The notes beneath the pieces were generated by a model. The model made no database searches. It was not told the DNA's origin and saw only the letters and a list, made by a program, of their open reading frames with translations. A program made the position numbers and the translations under genes. Shown one piece after another: positions 51,949-63,038 of a stretch of 64,000 bases of DNA. The number at the start of each line of letters is the position of its first letter. Within the stretch, counting starts at the first letter, position 1. Source of the stretch: an uncultured Chloroflexia bacterium (lineage in GTDB: Bacteria > Chloroflexota > Limnocylindria > Limnocylindrales > CSP1-4); NCBI GenBank assembly GCA_963833225.1, contig CAWHXD010000017.1:160001-224000 (forward strand). The letters are read 5' to 3'.

Positions 51949-52587
51949 TCAGATCGGCAGCCGGCCCGTGTCGCGCACCAGCTCCATCCACGGTCGCTCG
52001 CGGCCGATCGTCGTCGGCGCGCCGTGACCTGGCAGCACGTGCAACCGGTCCTCGAGCGTGGACAGCCGGGCGATCGACGTCACCATGGCCTCCGCGTCGC
52101 CGCCGGGGAAATCGACCCGGCCCCAGCCGCCGGGGAACAGCGTGTCGCCGCTGAACAGCTCGCCGGTGTCCGACGAGAGGAGGCAGACGGACCCCTCCGT
52201 GTGGCCGGGCGTATGCAGCACCCGCAGCCGGACCTCACCGAACCGGATCTCACCTCCCTCGGCGAGATCGACCGCGGGCACGCACGGCGGGATCTCGAAC
52301 GGCGCGTAGAGCGGCGATGGGGTGATCAGCCGGTAGGCATCGTCGGGGTGAACCGCGATGGGAGCGCCGGTATGTGCCTGGACCGCGGCATTCGCCCCCG
52401 TGTGATCCCAGTGCCCGTGCGTGCTGACGATCAGCTTGAGCGTCCACTCCCGCTCGGCAAGGGCATCCGAGATCCACTCCAGGCACGGGATGGCGGTGTC
52501 GATGGCGATCGCCTCGCGCGAGCGCGGGTCCGCGAGCACGTAGACGTTGGTCGAGAGCGGCCCGACGACCGCGTGCAACTGCTCCAT
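51949..52587 (-). CDS. MBL-fold metallo-hydrolase (glyoxalase II-like)
   Basis: THGHWDH, TPGHT, SGDTLF, PGHG. Confidence 0.92.
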   Translation of the reverse strand: MEQLHAVVGPLSTNVYVLADPRSREAIAIDTAIPCLEWISDALAEREWTLKLIVSTHGHWDHTGANAAVQAHTGAPIAVHPDDAYRLITPSPLYAPFEIPPCVPAVDLAEGGEIRFGEVRLRVLHTPGHTEGSVCLLSSDTGELFSGDTLFPGGWGRVDFPGGDAEAMVTSIARLSTLEDRLHVLPGHGAPTTIGRERPWMELVRDTGRLPI

Positions 52588-52703
52588 GCCCACGATCTTC
52601 GCACGGGACCGGTCGCGACCGTCTCCCGCCATGGACTCCGGGACGTCCGGCCCTACAGCAGGTTGGCCGGGGCGCGCATGCTGTCGAGGGGGAGGTGACC
52701 GTG

Positions 52704-52952
52704 ATGAGGACGACGATGCACATCAAGGCACGCATCACCCCGTGGGACGACCCGGCGTTCGTGAAGGCCTTCGAGGAGGCCCGCCACCGGGTCCACGAGG
52801 CTGGTGACGGGATGGATGGTACGGTCGCCGGTGCCCAGGTCCAGCACCTGCTGCGCGAGGCCGGCTACCCCGATGCGCGGGTCGAGGTCGTCCAGTCCGT
52901 GGACGAGAAGCTGGAGAACACGTCGCACTGGGAGGTGCTGCGCGACGGCTAG
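52704..52952 (+). CDS. Small hypothetical protein
   Basis: GGAGG RBS; protein-like composition. Confidence 0.65.
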   Translation: MRTTMHIKARITPWDDPAFVKAFEEARHRVHEAGDGMDGTVAGAQVQHLLREAGYPDARVEVVQSVDEKLENTSHWEVLRDG

Positions 52953-52988
52953 GCTGCTGGGCCACCGCGGGGTCCGGTGACCGGGGGG

Positions 52989-53432
52989 TCAGCCGGCGGC
53001 CAGCTTGGCCCGGATGCAGTCGAATGTCTGGCCGATCATCTTGTTGGCCGTGCCCTCGATCATGCGGGCGCCCACGGATGCGAGCGTGCCCGAGATCGCC
53101 ACGTCGGCGGACCAGTCCATCGTGGTCGGCCCCTCCGCGGGACCGGAGAGGGCCATGCTCGCCGTCGCGTCCACGGCGGAACCCGGTGCCTGGCCGTGCG
53201 CCTTGAGCACGGCCAGATCCGGCTCCTGCCGCTCGGCGACGGTCATGTCCACGACGAACCGCGCGCTGATGAAGCCCACGCCCACCTTGGCCTTCGCCTT
53301 GAAGTGATCGGCGTCGATGATCTCGATCGACTCGACGCCCGGCCCGCAGCCGCCGACCTGGTCCGGGTCGAGGATGAAGGCCCAGACCCGGTCGCGGGGA
53401 GCGTCGATCTGGACGGTGCCCTTGAACTGCAT
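52989..53432 (-). CDS. coxG: CO dehydrogenase accessory protein (SRPBCC fold)
   Basis: APRDRVWAFILDP, CGPG, GTLASVGARMI; within the cox cluster. Confidence 0.88.
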   Translation of the reverse strand: MQFKGTVQIDAPRDRVWAFILDPDQVGGCGPGVESIEIIDADHFKAKAKVGVGFISARFVVDMTVAERQEPDLAVLKAHGQAPGSAVDATASMALSGPAEGPTTMDWSADVAISGTLASVGARMIEGTANKMIGQTFDCIRAKLAAG

Positions 53433-53451
53433 GGAGGTCTCCGAGCGAGGA

Positions 53452-54492
53452 TCAGGATTCGACGGATGCGCCAGCGCCGATGTAGGCCTCCGGCTCCCGC
53501 ATGAACGCGGTCCGGCAGCCCATCCGGCAGAAGGCGTAGACCACGCCATCATGCTCGGCGAGGTGCCGGGCATGCTCCCGGTCGACGGTCATGCCGCAGA
53601 CGGGGTCGACGAGCACGATATCGCCCGGCGCGGGCTCCGTGGTCGCCGTCGCGCCGGCATCGGCGACGGCCAGCGTCGCCGGACCCGGCATCGCCACGAA
53701 CGATGCGCGGCCGTGGCGGACCTGGGCCAGCTCGGCGAGGATCGAGAGCGCCACCTCCTCGGGTGTCTCCGCGCCGATGTCCAGGCCGGCGGGCGCGCGC
53801 AGCGCGGCGATCCGCTCCTCGGGCACCGCCTCGTCGCGCAGCCACGCGCGCAGGACGGCGGCCCGGGTCGGGGACGCGATGAGGCCCACGTAGGACACGT
53901 GGTCCCGGGACAGGAGCCGCTGGACGGCCTCCTCGTCCCAGATCCCCTGGGTGGCCACGACGGCGTACGGGCTGAGCTCCGGGTCGATGATCCGGAGCCC
54001 GGCCTCCTGGCTGACGCGCTCGACGCCGGGGAAGGCCTCCGGATCGGCAACGGGGTCGAACACCGAAACGCGCCAGCCCGTTGCCGCGCCCAGGGACGCC
54101 AGCGCGGCGGCGATCGGCGTCGTGCCGGCGATCCACAGCGACGGGGCGGGGACGTGCGGCTCCACGTAGATCTCCAGCGTGCCCCCGGAATGGCAACTCA
54201 TGACCAGCTCCACGATGCCGTCGCCGCGCCGACCCTCGGACGGCGCGTCCTTGGACAGCCGGAGCAGGCGCGGCTGGCCGTCCTGGAGCGAGCGGAGCGC
54301 CTCGCGGACCACCACGGGCTGGGCGCACGAACCACCCACCCAGCCCTCGATGGTGCCATCGGGGTGGATGATCCCCCGCGATCCCGGCTTGGCCGAGGTC
54401 GGGCGGCGGACCGCGACGACGGTGGCGGTCGCAAAGACCGCCCCGCTCGTCTCCAGCTCCGCCTGCCGGCGGAAAAGCGTGCGACCGGGCAC
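53452..54492 (-). CDS. coxF: XdhC/CoxF family accessory protein with C-terminal YHS domain
   Basis: [28 protein letters not shown]; DPVCGM...AFCRMGC. Confidence 0.85.
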   Translation of the reverse strand: MPGRTLFRRQAELETSGAVFATATVVAVRRPTSAKPGSRGIIHPDGTIEGWVGGSCAQPVVVREALRSLQDGQPRLLRLSKDAPSEGRRGDGIVELVMSCHSGGTLEIYVEPHVPAPSLWIAGTTPIAAALASLGAATGWRVSVFDPVADPEAFPGVERVSQEAGLRIIDPELSPYAVVATQGIWDEEAVQRLLSRDHVSYVGLIASPTRAAVLRAWLRDEAVPEERIAALRAPAGLDIGAETPEEVALSILAELAQVRHGRASFVAMPGPATLAVADAGATATTEPAPGDIVLVDPVCGMTVDREHARHLAEHDGVVYAFCRMGCRTAFMREPEAYIGAGASVES

Positions 54493-54496
54493 GGCG

Positions 54497-56873
54497 CTAC
54501 ACCACGCCCTTGTCGTGCAGGATCCGCCACACCTTGTGCGGCGTGATGGGGATGTCGATGTGGGTGACGCCGAGGTGCGACAGCGCGTCCACGACGGCAT
54601 TCGCGATGGCCGGCGGGGCGCCGACGGTCGCCGACTCCCCCACCCCCTTGGTGCCCAGCGGGTGGTGGGGTGACGGGGTGATCGTCTTGCCGGTCTCCCA
54701 GGCGGGCGTCTCCATCGCAGTGGGCAGCAGGTAGTCCATGAACGTCCCGGCAAGGTTGTTGCCGTTGACGTCGTACGGGATCTCCTCGTACAGCGAGGGG
54801 GCCAGGCCCATCGTCAGGCCGCCGTGGATCTGCCCGTCCACGATCATCGGGTTGATGATGTTGCCGCAGTCGTCGATGGCGACGAAGCGCCGGACCTTGA
54901 CCTGCCCGGTCCCCTTGTCGATGTCGACGACGCAGATGTACGACCCGAACGGGAAGGTGAGGTTGGGCGGGTCGTAGTAGTCGGTCGCCTCGAGGCCGGC
55001 CTCCATGCCCGCGGGGAGGTTGGTGTAGGCGGCGAAGGCCAGCTCGGCGATGGTCTTGAACCGGTCCGGCGAGCCCTGCACGGTCCACTTGCCGTTGGTC
55101 CACTCGAGGTCGTCCGCGGAGCACTCGAGCAGGTGCGCGGCGAGGTGGCGGGTCTTCTCGCGGATCTTCCGCGAGGCGATGGCGGTGGCCGCGCCGGCGA
55201 CCGGCGTCGACCGCGATGCGTAGGTGCCGAGGCCATAGGGTGCCGTGTCGGTGTCGCCCTCCTCGACCTTGATCTTGTCCGCCGGGATGCCCAGCTCCTC
55301 GGCCACGATCTGCGCGTACGTGGTCTCGTGGCCCTGGCCCTGGCTCTGGACGCCGAGGCGCAGGATCGCGGAGCCGGTGGGGTGCACCCGGAGCTCGGCC
55401 GAATCGAACATCTTGATGCCGATGATGTCGAAGTCGTGGGACGGCCCGGCCCCGACGATCTCGGTGAACGAGCTGATGCCGATGCCCATGAGCTCGCCGC
55501 GGGCGCGCTTCTCGGCCTGCTCCTTGCGCAGATCGTCGTAGCCGATCGTGTCCAGCGCCTTCTGGAGCGCCGTGTGGTAGTCGCCCGAGTCGTACTCCCA
55601 GCCCGTTGGCGTGTGGTACGGGAACTGGTCCTTGCGGATGAAGTTCTTGAACCGGAACGCCGCCGGGTCCATGCCAGAGGCGCGGGCACGCCTCGTCCAC
55701 CAGGCGCTCGATGGTGTGGACCGCCTCGGTCACCCGGAACGAGCAGCGGTACGCGACGCCGCCGGGCGGCTTGTTGGTGTAGGCGGCGTCCACCTCGACG
55801 AATGCCGTGGGCATGTCGTACGAGCCGGTGATGACGTTGAACAGGCCGGCCGGGAACTTCGATGGGTCCGCGGCGGCGTCCGTGTAGCCGTGGTCGGCAA
55901 GCGTCTTGACCCGCAGGCCGGTCATCTTGCCGTCGTTCATGAGGCCCAGCTCGGCGTGGATGTGGTAGTCCCGCGCGAAGGAGTCGGCCTGGAGGTTCTC
56001 GGAGCGATCCTCGATCCACTTCACCGGCTTGCCGATGGTGAGCGAGGCGACGATCGCGATGACGTAGCCCGGGTACACCGGGACCTTGCCGCCGAACCCG
56101 CCGCCGATGTCGTGGGTCTTGACCCGGATCGACGACTCGGGGATGCCGGAGACCAGGCTGATGACCGTGCGGTAGACGTGCGCCGCCTGGCTGGTCACGT
56201 GGAAGTCGAGGTGGGCCCGAACCGGGTCCCAGTCCGCGATGCAGCCGCAGGTCTCGATCGAGGACACGTGGATGCGCGGGATGTAGACGTCGATCGGGAT
56301 GACCTTGTCCGAGGCGGCGAGGGCCGCGTCGGTGGCAGCTCGGTCGCCGGACTCCCAGTGCCAGATGTGGTTGGTCTGCTTGTCCTGCACCACGGTCCGG
56401 CCGGAGCACCGGCGCATCCGGCTTCGAGGGCCTTGAACGGGTCCACGACCACCGGCAGCGGCTCGTAGTCCACGTACACGGCCGTGATCGCGTCCGCCGC
56501 CTGGTAGCGGGTGTCCGCGATGACCGCGGCAACCTCCTGGGACTGGTACATGACCGTGTCGACCGGCAGCACCATCTGCTTGTCGCCGGCGAGGGTGGGC
56601 ATCCAGTGGAGGCCGGCCTTCTCCAGGTCCTTGCCGGTGATCACGGCCAGGACGCCCGGCATCGCCAGGGCCTCGCTGGCGTCGATGGACTTGATCTTGG
56701 CGTGGGCATACGGGCTGCGGACGATGTCCATCCAGACCATGCCCGGCAGGACGACGTCCTCGATGTACTCGCCCTGGCCCCGGATGAAGCGCGGATCCTC
56801 CACGCGCTTCCTCGAGTGGCCCATGCCCGCTGACCTCGGGGGTCGTGGTGGGCGGCTGCGCGTCCAGCGTCAT
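54497..56873 (-). CDS. coxL: Aerobic CO dehydrogenase large subunit, form I (several frameshifts)
   Basis: Active-site motif VAYRCSFR; GGGFGGK, QGQGHET, KGVGES. Confidence 0.92.
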
Positions 56874-57398
56874 CGTGCGGTCCTCCGGGTCACGCGGACG
56901 CCGCGCGCGGTCCCGGCCGCATCGGCGGCACGGAGCTCGGCGGCACCCTGCTGGATGGCCTTGATGATGTTCACGTAGCCCGGTGCAGCGGCACAGGTTG
57001 CCGGCGATACCCTCCCGGATCTCGGCGTCGGTCGGGTCCTCGATCTGCTCCAGGAGCCAGGCCGACTGCATGATCATGCCGGGGGTGCAGAAGCCGCACT
57101 GGAGGCCGTGCTGGTCCCAGAAGGCCTGCTGGAGCGGGTGCAGCTTGCCGCCCTGCTCCATGCCCTCGATCGTGGTGATCGCCGCGCCGTCCGCCTGGAC
57201 GGCGAGCATCGTGCACGACTTGGCGCTCTCGCCGTTCACGTGGACGGTGCACGCACCGCAGTTGCTCGTGTCGCACCCGGTGTGGGTCCCGGTGAGGCCG
57301 AACACGTCGCGGAGGAGGTGGACAAGCAGGAGCCGCGGCTCCACGTCGGCCTCGCGGGCGGTGCCGTTGACGGTGACGTTGATGTGCTGCGTCGTCAT
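56870..57398 (-). CDS. coxS: CO dehydrogenase small 2Fe-2S subunit (frameshift ~56980)
   Basis: [25 protein letters not shown]. Confidence 0.92.
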
Positions 57399-57411
57399 CG
57401 TGTCGGTTCCT

Positions 57412-58290
57412 TCAGGACGCCGCGCCGGCGGCGCGGGAGGCGGCCAGGCGCAGGGCCCGGGTCGTGATCTCGCGCACCATCGCGAGCTTGTAGTCGGCCG
57501 GGCCGTGGCTGTCGCCCACGGGGCTCGCCTGCCCGGCCGCTGCCTGGGCGGCGGCCCGGATGGCGTCCTCGTCGGGCACCTTGCCCATCAGCGCCGCCTC
57601 CGCGTCGGTCGCCGCGAAGGCGGCGTCCGCCACGGCGGTGAGGGCGAGCCCCGCGCTCGTGATTCGTCCGTCCTGGCCGAGCACCAGCACGGCGGCCGCG
57701 CCCACTGTCGCGAAGTCGCCGGCACGCCGCTCCAGCTTCACGTAGGCCGAACCCTGGCGGGCAGCGGCATGCGGGAGGCGGACCTCGGTCAGCACCTCGG
57801 TCGGCTCGATCGCCGTCTGGAACGGCCCGTCGAAGAAGCCGCGAGCCGCGAGGACCCGCTCACCGTCCGCGCTGCGGCAGACGAACGAGCCGCCCAGCGC
57901 CAGCGCCACCGCCGGCCAGTCCGCCGACGGGTCCGCGTGCGCGCACGACCCGCCGATGGTTCCCCAGTTGCGCACCTGGCGGTCGCCGATCCCGGACGCG
58001 GCATCGTGGACCACCGCGTGCTCCGCACTCAGTCCCTCGTGCTCCAGGATCCGGCGGTGCGTCGCGCGCCCGCCGATCCGCCAGTCGTCATCGGTACGGA
58101 TGATCCCGTCGAGCCCCCCGACCGCCCGGAGGTCGACCAGCAGGGCCGGCTGGGCCAGACGGAGCTTCATCATCGGCAGCAGGCTGTAGCCACCGGAGAG
58201 GATCTTGGCCTCACCCTCGCGATCCCGCAGGATCCGCAGCGCCTCGTCCAGGTCGCCTGGACGGCAGTAGTCGAACTGGCCGGGAATCAT
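57412..58290 (-). CDS. coxM: CO dehydrogenase medium FAD subunit
   Basis: [28 protein letters not shown]. Confidence 0.93.
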   Translation of the reverse strand: MIPGQFDYCRPGDLDEALRILRDREGEAKILSGGYSLLPMMKLRLAQPALLVDLRAVGGLDGIIRTDDDWRIGGRATHRRILEHEGLSAEHAVVHDAASGIGDRQVRNWGTIGGSCAHADPSADWPAVALALGGSFVCRSADGERVLAARGFFDGPFQTAIEPTEVLTEVRLPHAAARQGSAYVKLERRAGDFATVGAAAVLVLGQDGRITSAGLALTAVADAAFAATDAEAALMGKVPDEDAIRAAAQAAAGQASPVGDSHGPADYKLAMVREITTRALRLAASRAAGAAS

Positions 58291-58447
58291 GCGACGCCTT
58301 GCCTCCTTCTCCGTACGGGCAGCGGGTCCGGGTGGTCGCGCCCGCCCGGCAGGCGGGTGCGGCGCTGATATGGGGACCTACGTCGGGCCGCCGCTCCCGG
58401 ATGCGTCCCGGTGGCGGACGGGTGGCGCGGGGGATTCGCAGGCCCCG

Positions 58448-58499
58448 AGTGTGCGCGTCTGCCCGTTCGGCGTCAACGGGTGATGTGACAGGTGGCACG
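58448..58499 (-). promoter_or_regulatory. coxMSL promoter with upstream Crp-like box
   Basis: TTGACG-N17-CACACT on the minus strand; TGTGA-N6-GCACG at 58484-58499. Confidence 0.5.
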
Positions 58500-58527
58500 G
58501 CTCGGCCGGGCCGGATGGCCCGGCTGC

Positions 58528-59382
58528 TCAGCTGGGCGCGGCCACGGCCCAGGTGGCGAGTCCCAGCGAGCCGGCCGGGCGGTTCGCGAGCGTCCAGCCA
58601 CCATCGCGACGGGTGATGTGCTCGGGGAGAATCGCCCGGAAGTGGCTGTCCTTCTCGCTGCCCTCGGCGATGAACAGCTGCCGGCGCAGGAAGGCCGCCA
58701 ATGCCTCCGTCGAGTCGAAGGTCCGCGGGGAGCGCTCCACCACCTCGACCTGCGGGTCCCGGCCACGGGTGCGCAACAGCGGGAGCAGGTCCGTCAGCGC
58801 CGGGAGCGGGACCCGTGACTCGTGATGGACCAGCGGCCAGAACGGGTCCGCGACCGAGGCGGGGCTGGAGCCTGTCAACAGGGCCAGGCATCGCGACCGT
58901 GTCGCGGCCTCCATCGCGTCGAGGAAGGTGCCGATCCCCTCGATGTCGTAGCTCACGTGGGCGATCAGGGACACATCGACCGCGGGCAGAGGCCCCAGGT
59001 CGCCAACCATGTCCGGCCAGCTCCCGGCGATCACCCGCACGTTGTCGATGCCGTGCTCGGCCATTCCCGTCCGGAGCGCGCGCCGCATGCCACCCGACGG
59101 CTCAACGGCCACCACCTCCCGGACGTGGAGCGCGAGGGGCAGCGCGTAGCGTCCCGCTCCGGCCCCGATGTCGAGCCACGTCTCGCGCCTATCCGAGATC
59201 CGGACCAGGGCATCGAGCGCGGGCTCGCCGGTGCGGCGCGGGTCCGCCACGAACAGGTTGGTGACGGGGGCATAGAAATCCGGCGTCTCGGTCTCGCGCA
59301 GCCGCTCTGCCTGCTCGCGGTTCGCGCGGACACGCTCGCCCCAGGCAGCCTCGAGGTCGGCGGCGGTCGGGGTCCCTGTCAT
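58528..59382 (-). CDS. Class I SAM-dependent methyltransferase
   Basis: WLDIGAGAG, VAVEPSGGM. Confidence 0.85.
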   Translation of the reverse strand: MTGTPTAADLEAAWGERVRANREQAERLRETETPDFYAPVTNLFVADPRRTGEPALDALVRISDRRETWLDIGAGAGRYALPLALHVREVVAVEPSGGMRRALRTGMAEHGIDNVRVIAGSWPDMVGDLGPLPAVDVSLIAHVSYDIEGIGTFLDAMEAATRSRCLALLTGSSPASVADPFWPLVHHESRVPLPALTDLLPLLRTRGRDPQVEVVERSPRTFDSTEALAAFLRRQLFIAEGSEKDSHFRAILPEHITRRDGGWTLANRPAGSLGLATWAVAAPS

Positions 59383-59996
59383 CGCCCGGCGTCCGAGGAT
59401 GCGGTGGCGGGCGCGGAGCGCAGGGTACCGAGGTCCGCCGGCACGTCCACGTCGGGGTTCGCGCCAGCGACATCGACCGCGAGCACCTGCTCGGGGACCT
59501 GCCGCAACAGCGGTCCGAGACCGCGATCCCCCGACAGCCCGGCCGCCCGTGCCCACGCGCCGCGACGAACGAGGACGGGGTGTGGCGCATCGTCGCTCGC
59601 ATACCGGGCGCGCACGAACAGGGCTGGGTGCTGCCGCGCGGCGTCCACGAGGGCGGTGATGACCTCCGGCCGGATCCGTGGCTGGTCGCCGAGGACGACG
59701 ATCACGGCCTCGGTTGAGGCGTCCAGCGCCGCCTCATCGAGGCCTACCCGCAACGAGCTGGACAGGCCGTCCTGTGGCCGCTCGTTGATCGCGATGCGCT
59801 CGCCCCGCCATTCGATCGCCGCGCGGACCGCCGCATGGGATGCCCCCAGGACGACGACCGCGCCGGTGAGGCCGGCGGCTGCCACCGCGTCCAGCGCGTG
59901 CTGCAGGACCGGACGTCCATCGAGGTCGGCGAGCAGCTTGTTCGATCCGAAGCGCGATGACGATCCGGCCGCGAGCACGACCGCGGTCACCTTCAC
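59379..59996 (-). CDS. mocA: Molybdenum cofactor cytidylyltransferase (MocA-like)
   Basis: VLAAGSSSRFGSNK, GLSSSL, LGDQP, DVDVPAD. Confidence 0.88.
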   Translation of the reverse strand: MKVTAVVLAAGSSSRFGSNKLLADLDGRPVLQHALDAVAAAGLTGAVVVLGASHAAVRAAIEWRGERIAINERPQDGLSSSLRVGLDEAALDASTEAVIVVLGDQPRIRPEVITALVDAARQHPALFVRARYASDDAPHPVLVRRGAWARAAGLSGDRGLGPLLRQVPEQVLAVDVAGANPDVDVPADLGTLRSAPATASSDAGR

Positions 59997-61132
59997 TGTG
60001 CCGCGCCCGCTCGCTGTTGCGCGGCCTCGCGCTCCCTGGCCAGCTCCCGCATCGGCCGCCCACCGCCGCCGCGCCGCTCGGCGACGACCTCGGCGAGGAT
60101 CGCGAGCGCCGTTTCGGCCGGCAGCCGCCCGCCGAGGTCAAGGCCGATGGGACCGCGCAACCGGGCCAGGTCCTGCGCCGCGACGCCCGCCTCGAGCAGG
60201 CGCGCGCGCCGGTCCGCCTGCGTCTTGCGCGAGCCGACGGCACCCACGTACCGGCAGCCTCGTGCGAGGGCGGCGACGATGGCCGGCTCGTCGAACTTCA
60301 CGTCGTGCGTCAGGACGGCGACGGCGTCCGACGGCCCGAGACCGATCTCATCGGCCACCTCGTCGGGCCAGCCAACGACCAGCCGGTCGACATCCGGGAA
60401 CCGCGCCTCGGTGGCGAATGCCGCGCGGCCGTCGATCACCACCGTCTCGTAGCCCAGCTCCTTCGCGAGGCGGACCAGGGTCCGGGCGACCTCCACCGCA
60501 CCCACGACCACCAGCCGCGGGCGAGCCGGGTACGCCTCGATGAACAGTTGGGCTCCGGCGATGTCCACGGTCCGCGAGGTCCCGGTCAGCAGGCACGTCC
60601 GGGCCGCGTCGGCGAGCGCCGCATCCGCTGCCGCCGTGCCCAGCGATCCTTCGAGCCTTCCGTCAGCCTGGACCACCAGCGGCCTGGCGGGCTCGCTCCC
60701 CTCCCCCGGTTCGTGCTTGCCGAACGCCGCCGGAGGCGCGTCCGCGGGGAGCCGCGTCACCACTGCCCTGCCCTCGCCCCGCCCGTCTCGCGCGTCGCGG
60801 GCCGCCGCCACGGCCTCGTCGGGCACCGCGGGGCTGATCAGCACGTCGATCGTCCCGCCGCAGGCCAGCCCGACATCCCACGCCTGCTCGTCGCTGATCC
60901 CGTAGCGGATCACGCGCTCGCGTCCACGCTTGCGCGCGGCCAGGATCTCCTCCGCCGCGGCGCCCTCGACGCAACCGCCCGAGACGGACCCCGCGATCCG
61001 CCCGTCGTCGGTCACGAGCAGGACCGCGCCCTCGGGACGCGGCGCGCTGCCGAACGTGCGGATCACGATGGCGCGACCGACGGCGGCGTGCTCCGCGCGC
61101 CATCCGTCGAGCGTCTCGATCAGCTCCTGCAT
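59993..61132 (-). CDS. xdhC: XdhC/CoxI family Moco insertion protein
   Basis: GSAPRPEGA, GSVSGGCVE, GLACGG, PIGLDLG. Confidence 0.88.
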   Translation of the reverse strand: MQELIETLDGWRAEHAAVGRAIVIRTFGSAPRPEGAVLLVTDDGRIAGSVSGGCVEGAAAEEILAARKRGRERVIRYGISDEQAWDVGLACGGTIDVLISPAVPDEAVAAARDARDGRGEGRAVVTRLPADAPPAAFGKHEPGEGSEPARPLVVQADGRLEGSLGTAAADAALADAARTCLLTGTSRTVDIAGAQLFIEAYPARPRLVVVGAVEVARTLVRLAKELGYETVVIDGRAAFATEARFPDVDRLVVGWPDEVADEIGLGPSDAVAVLTHDVKFDEPAIVAALARGCRYVGAVGSRKTQADRRARLLEAGVAAQDLARLRGPIGLDLGGRLPAETALAILAEVVAERRGGGGRPMRELAREREAAQQRAGAAQ

Positions 61133-61173
61133 CGTGTCCTCCGGTGAGCGGTTCCCGTGATTGGGGGCGAAGC

Positions 61174-62559
61174 CTACGTCAGCGGGCGCGCCCGGTCCGT
61201 GGTGACCGTGCCCGCGTCGAGCGTCCGCGGGGCGGTGGCCTCGGGGGCGGTGATCCCGAGCGAGGGTGCGACCGTGGTGGCGTGCGTGACCGCGGCGCCG
61301 CGCCGAGCCGTCCCCCGCGTGCCACCGGCAAGGATGGTCCCCAGCCGCTCCAGGCTCGCGAGCGTCCCCGCCGGCAGGAAGTCGTCGATATACGGGTAGG
61401 CCGCCTTCATCCCCGCGGCCAGTGGCTGGTATCCGGGCGCGGATGCCAGCGGGTTCAGCCACACCAGGCGGTGGCAGTTGCGCCGCAGCCGTGCCGTCTC
61501 GGCGGCGACCAGCCCGGGGTCGCCGCGGTCCCAGCCGTCGCTCACGATGATCACCACGCCGGAGCTCCGCAACGTCCGCCGCGCCCACTTGTGGTTGAAC
61601 TCGCGGAAGCTCTCGCCGATACGGGTCCCGCCGGCCCAGTCGGTCACAGTCTCCGAGACGCGCGCGAGGGCCCGGTCCCGGTCGCGATCCTTCATGATCC
61701 GGGTCACCCGCGTGAGCCGCGTCCCGAACACGAACGACTCCGTGCGCACCTCGTTGGTGCGCGCCAGCGCCTGGGCGAATCGCAGCAGCAGTCGCGAGTG
61801 CCGCTCCATGGACCCGCTGATGTCGCAGATGACCACCAGCTGGCGCGGCTCGCGGATCTGGCGGCGCCAGACCCACTCGGTGAGTTCGCCGGTCGCGAGA
61901 TTGCGCCGGAACATGGCGCGCGGGGCCAGGCGCCGGCCGTGCGGGTGGAGCTCGTGCCGGCGGGTCCGCCGACGCTCCAGTCTCGGGCGAAGCAGGTCCA
62001 CGAACCGCTCCGCGTCGCGCAGCTCCGCGCCCGTCATCCGCTCGAAATCGCGGTGGCGCAGGACCTCACCGCGCGACCAGGCGTCCGGGGAGATCGTCTC
62101 GCCGTCGATCTCGGCGCCACTGTCGTCGGCGTCGGTCGTGAGCTGGACGCCCATGGTCGCAATCTCGGACAGGGTGGCGCCGGTGCCCTCGGCAGCCTCG
62201 TCCGATACGCCGGGCTCCCCTTCCTCGCGATCGGCGTCCGGCGATGATCCCTCCAGGCGTGGCCTGGGCAGCGATCGTCCGCGGCGGCGCCAGAACCGGT
62301 CGAACACGCGGTCGTAGATCTCGCGATCGTCCCGACGACGGACGAACATGGCCGCACCGGCATCGCGGACCTGGGCCTTGACGCCCATGTCGACCAGGGC
62401 CAGGGCCCGGGCGAAGTCGATCGCCGCGACCAGATCCACCGCGAGGCCCGCCGAGCGGAGCGCCCGACCGAACCCCACCGCCTCGGCCAGCAGGCGGCGG
62501 CCATCGACGGCTTCGCCGGTGTCAGCGACGAGGATCGGGGACGCGTCGAGGTCGGCCAT
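61174..62559 (-). CDS. coxE: vWA-domain CoxE protein
   Basis: DISGSM MIDAS, GGTRIG, SDGWDRG, WLNPL. Confidence 0.9.
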   Translation of the reverse strand: MADLDASPILVADTGEAVDGRRLLAEAVGFGRALRSAGLAVDLVAAIDFARALALVDMGVKAQVRDAGAAMFVRRRDDREIYDRVFDRFWRRRGRSLPRPRLEGSSPDADREEGEPGVSDEAAEGTGATLSEIATMGVQLTTDADDSGAEIDGETISPDAWSRGEVLRHRDFERMTGAELRDAERFVDLLRPRLERRRTRRHELHPHGRRLAPRAMFRRNLATGELTEWVWRRQIREPRQLVVICDISGSMERHSRLLLRFAQALARTNEVRTESFVFGTRLTRVTRIMKDRDRDRALARVSETVTDWAGGTRIGESFREFNHKWARRTLRSSGVVIIVSDGWDRGDPGLVAAETARLRRNCHRLVWLNPLASAPGYQPLAAGMKAAYPYIDDFLPAGTLASLERLGTILAGGTRGTARRGAAVTHATTVAPSLGITAPEATAPRTLDAGTVTTDRARPLT

Positions 62560-62612
62560 GCGGGCACTGTGCCACGTCTGGGGAACCGGCGTCGCGGGTA
62601 CCCAGGGCTGGG

Positions 62613-63038
62613 TCAGTCCGGCAGCACGCGGAACCCGAGCGCGATCGCATTGGCCCGGATCCGCTCGTCAAGGCTCAGGAAGCTGACGTCACCGACCGCA
62701 TCGCGGACAACGAGCGCCGTGGCGCAGTGGATCGCATCCAGCGACCGGATGGCGTCGTCCGGGAACGGTGCCCTCGCCCGGGCCACGACGGCATCGCCGA
62801 TTGGCTCGACCGACCAGCCTGCGGCGAGCTCCCAGAGCCGCGTCCGCAGGCGTTCGACATCCGCCGTGTCGGCCGGGCGGCGCCGCGCCATGCGGTGAAG
62901 CGCACGGTCACACTCGATCAACGTGAGCGTCGACACGACCACCGGCGCCGGGGGCCGGAGCGCCGGGGCCACCCGCTCGCCGCCGGGCTCCGCGAGCAGC
63001 CAGGCGAGCACCGCGCTCGATTCGGCGTACACCGTCAC
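62613..63038 (-). CDS. vapC: VapC/PIN-domain toxin
   Basis: YAESSA, RSLDAIH, SLDER. Confidence 0.85.
   Translation of the reverse strand: MTVYAESSAVLAWLLAEPGGERVAPALRPPAPVVVSTLTLIECDRALHRMARRRPADTADVERLRTRLWELAAGWSVEPIGDAVVARARAPFPDDAIRSLDAIHCATALVVRDAVGDVSFLSLDERIRANAIALGFRVLPD

Noticed and set aside
54198-57398. 1066-aa apparent CoxS-CoxL fusion ORF
   Set aside because: Produced by frameshifts joining coxS, off-frame sequence and the middle of coxL.
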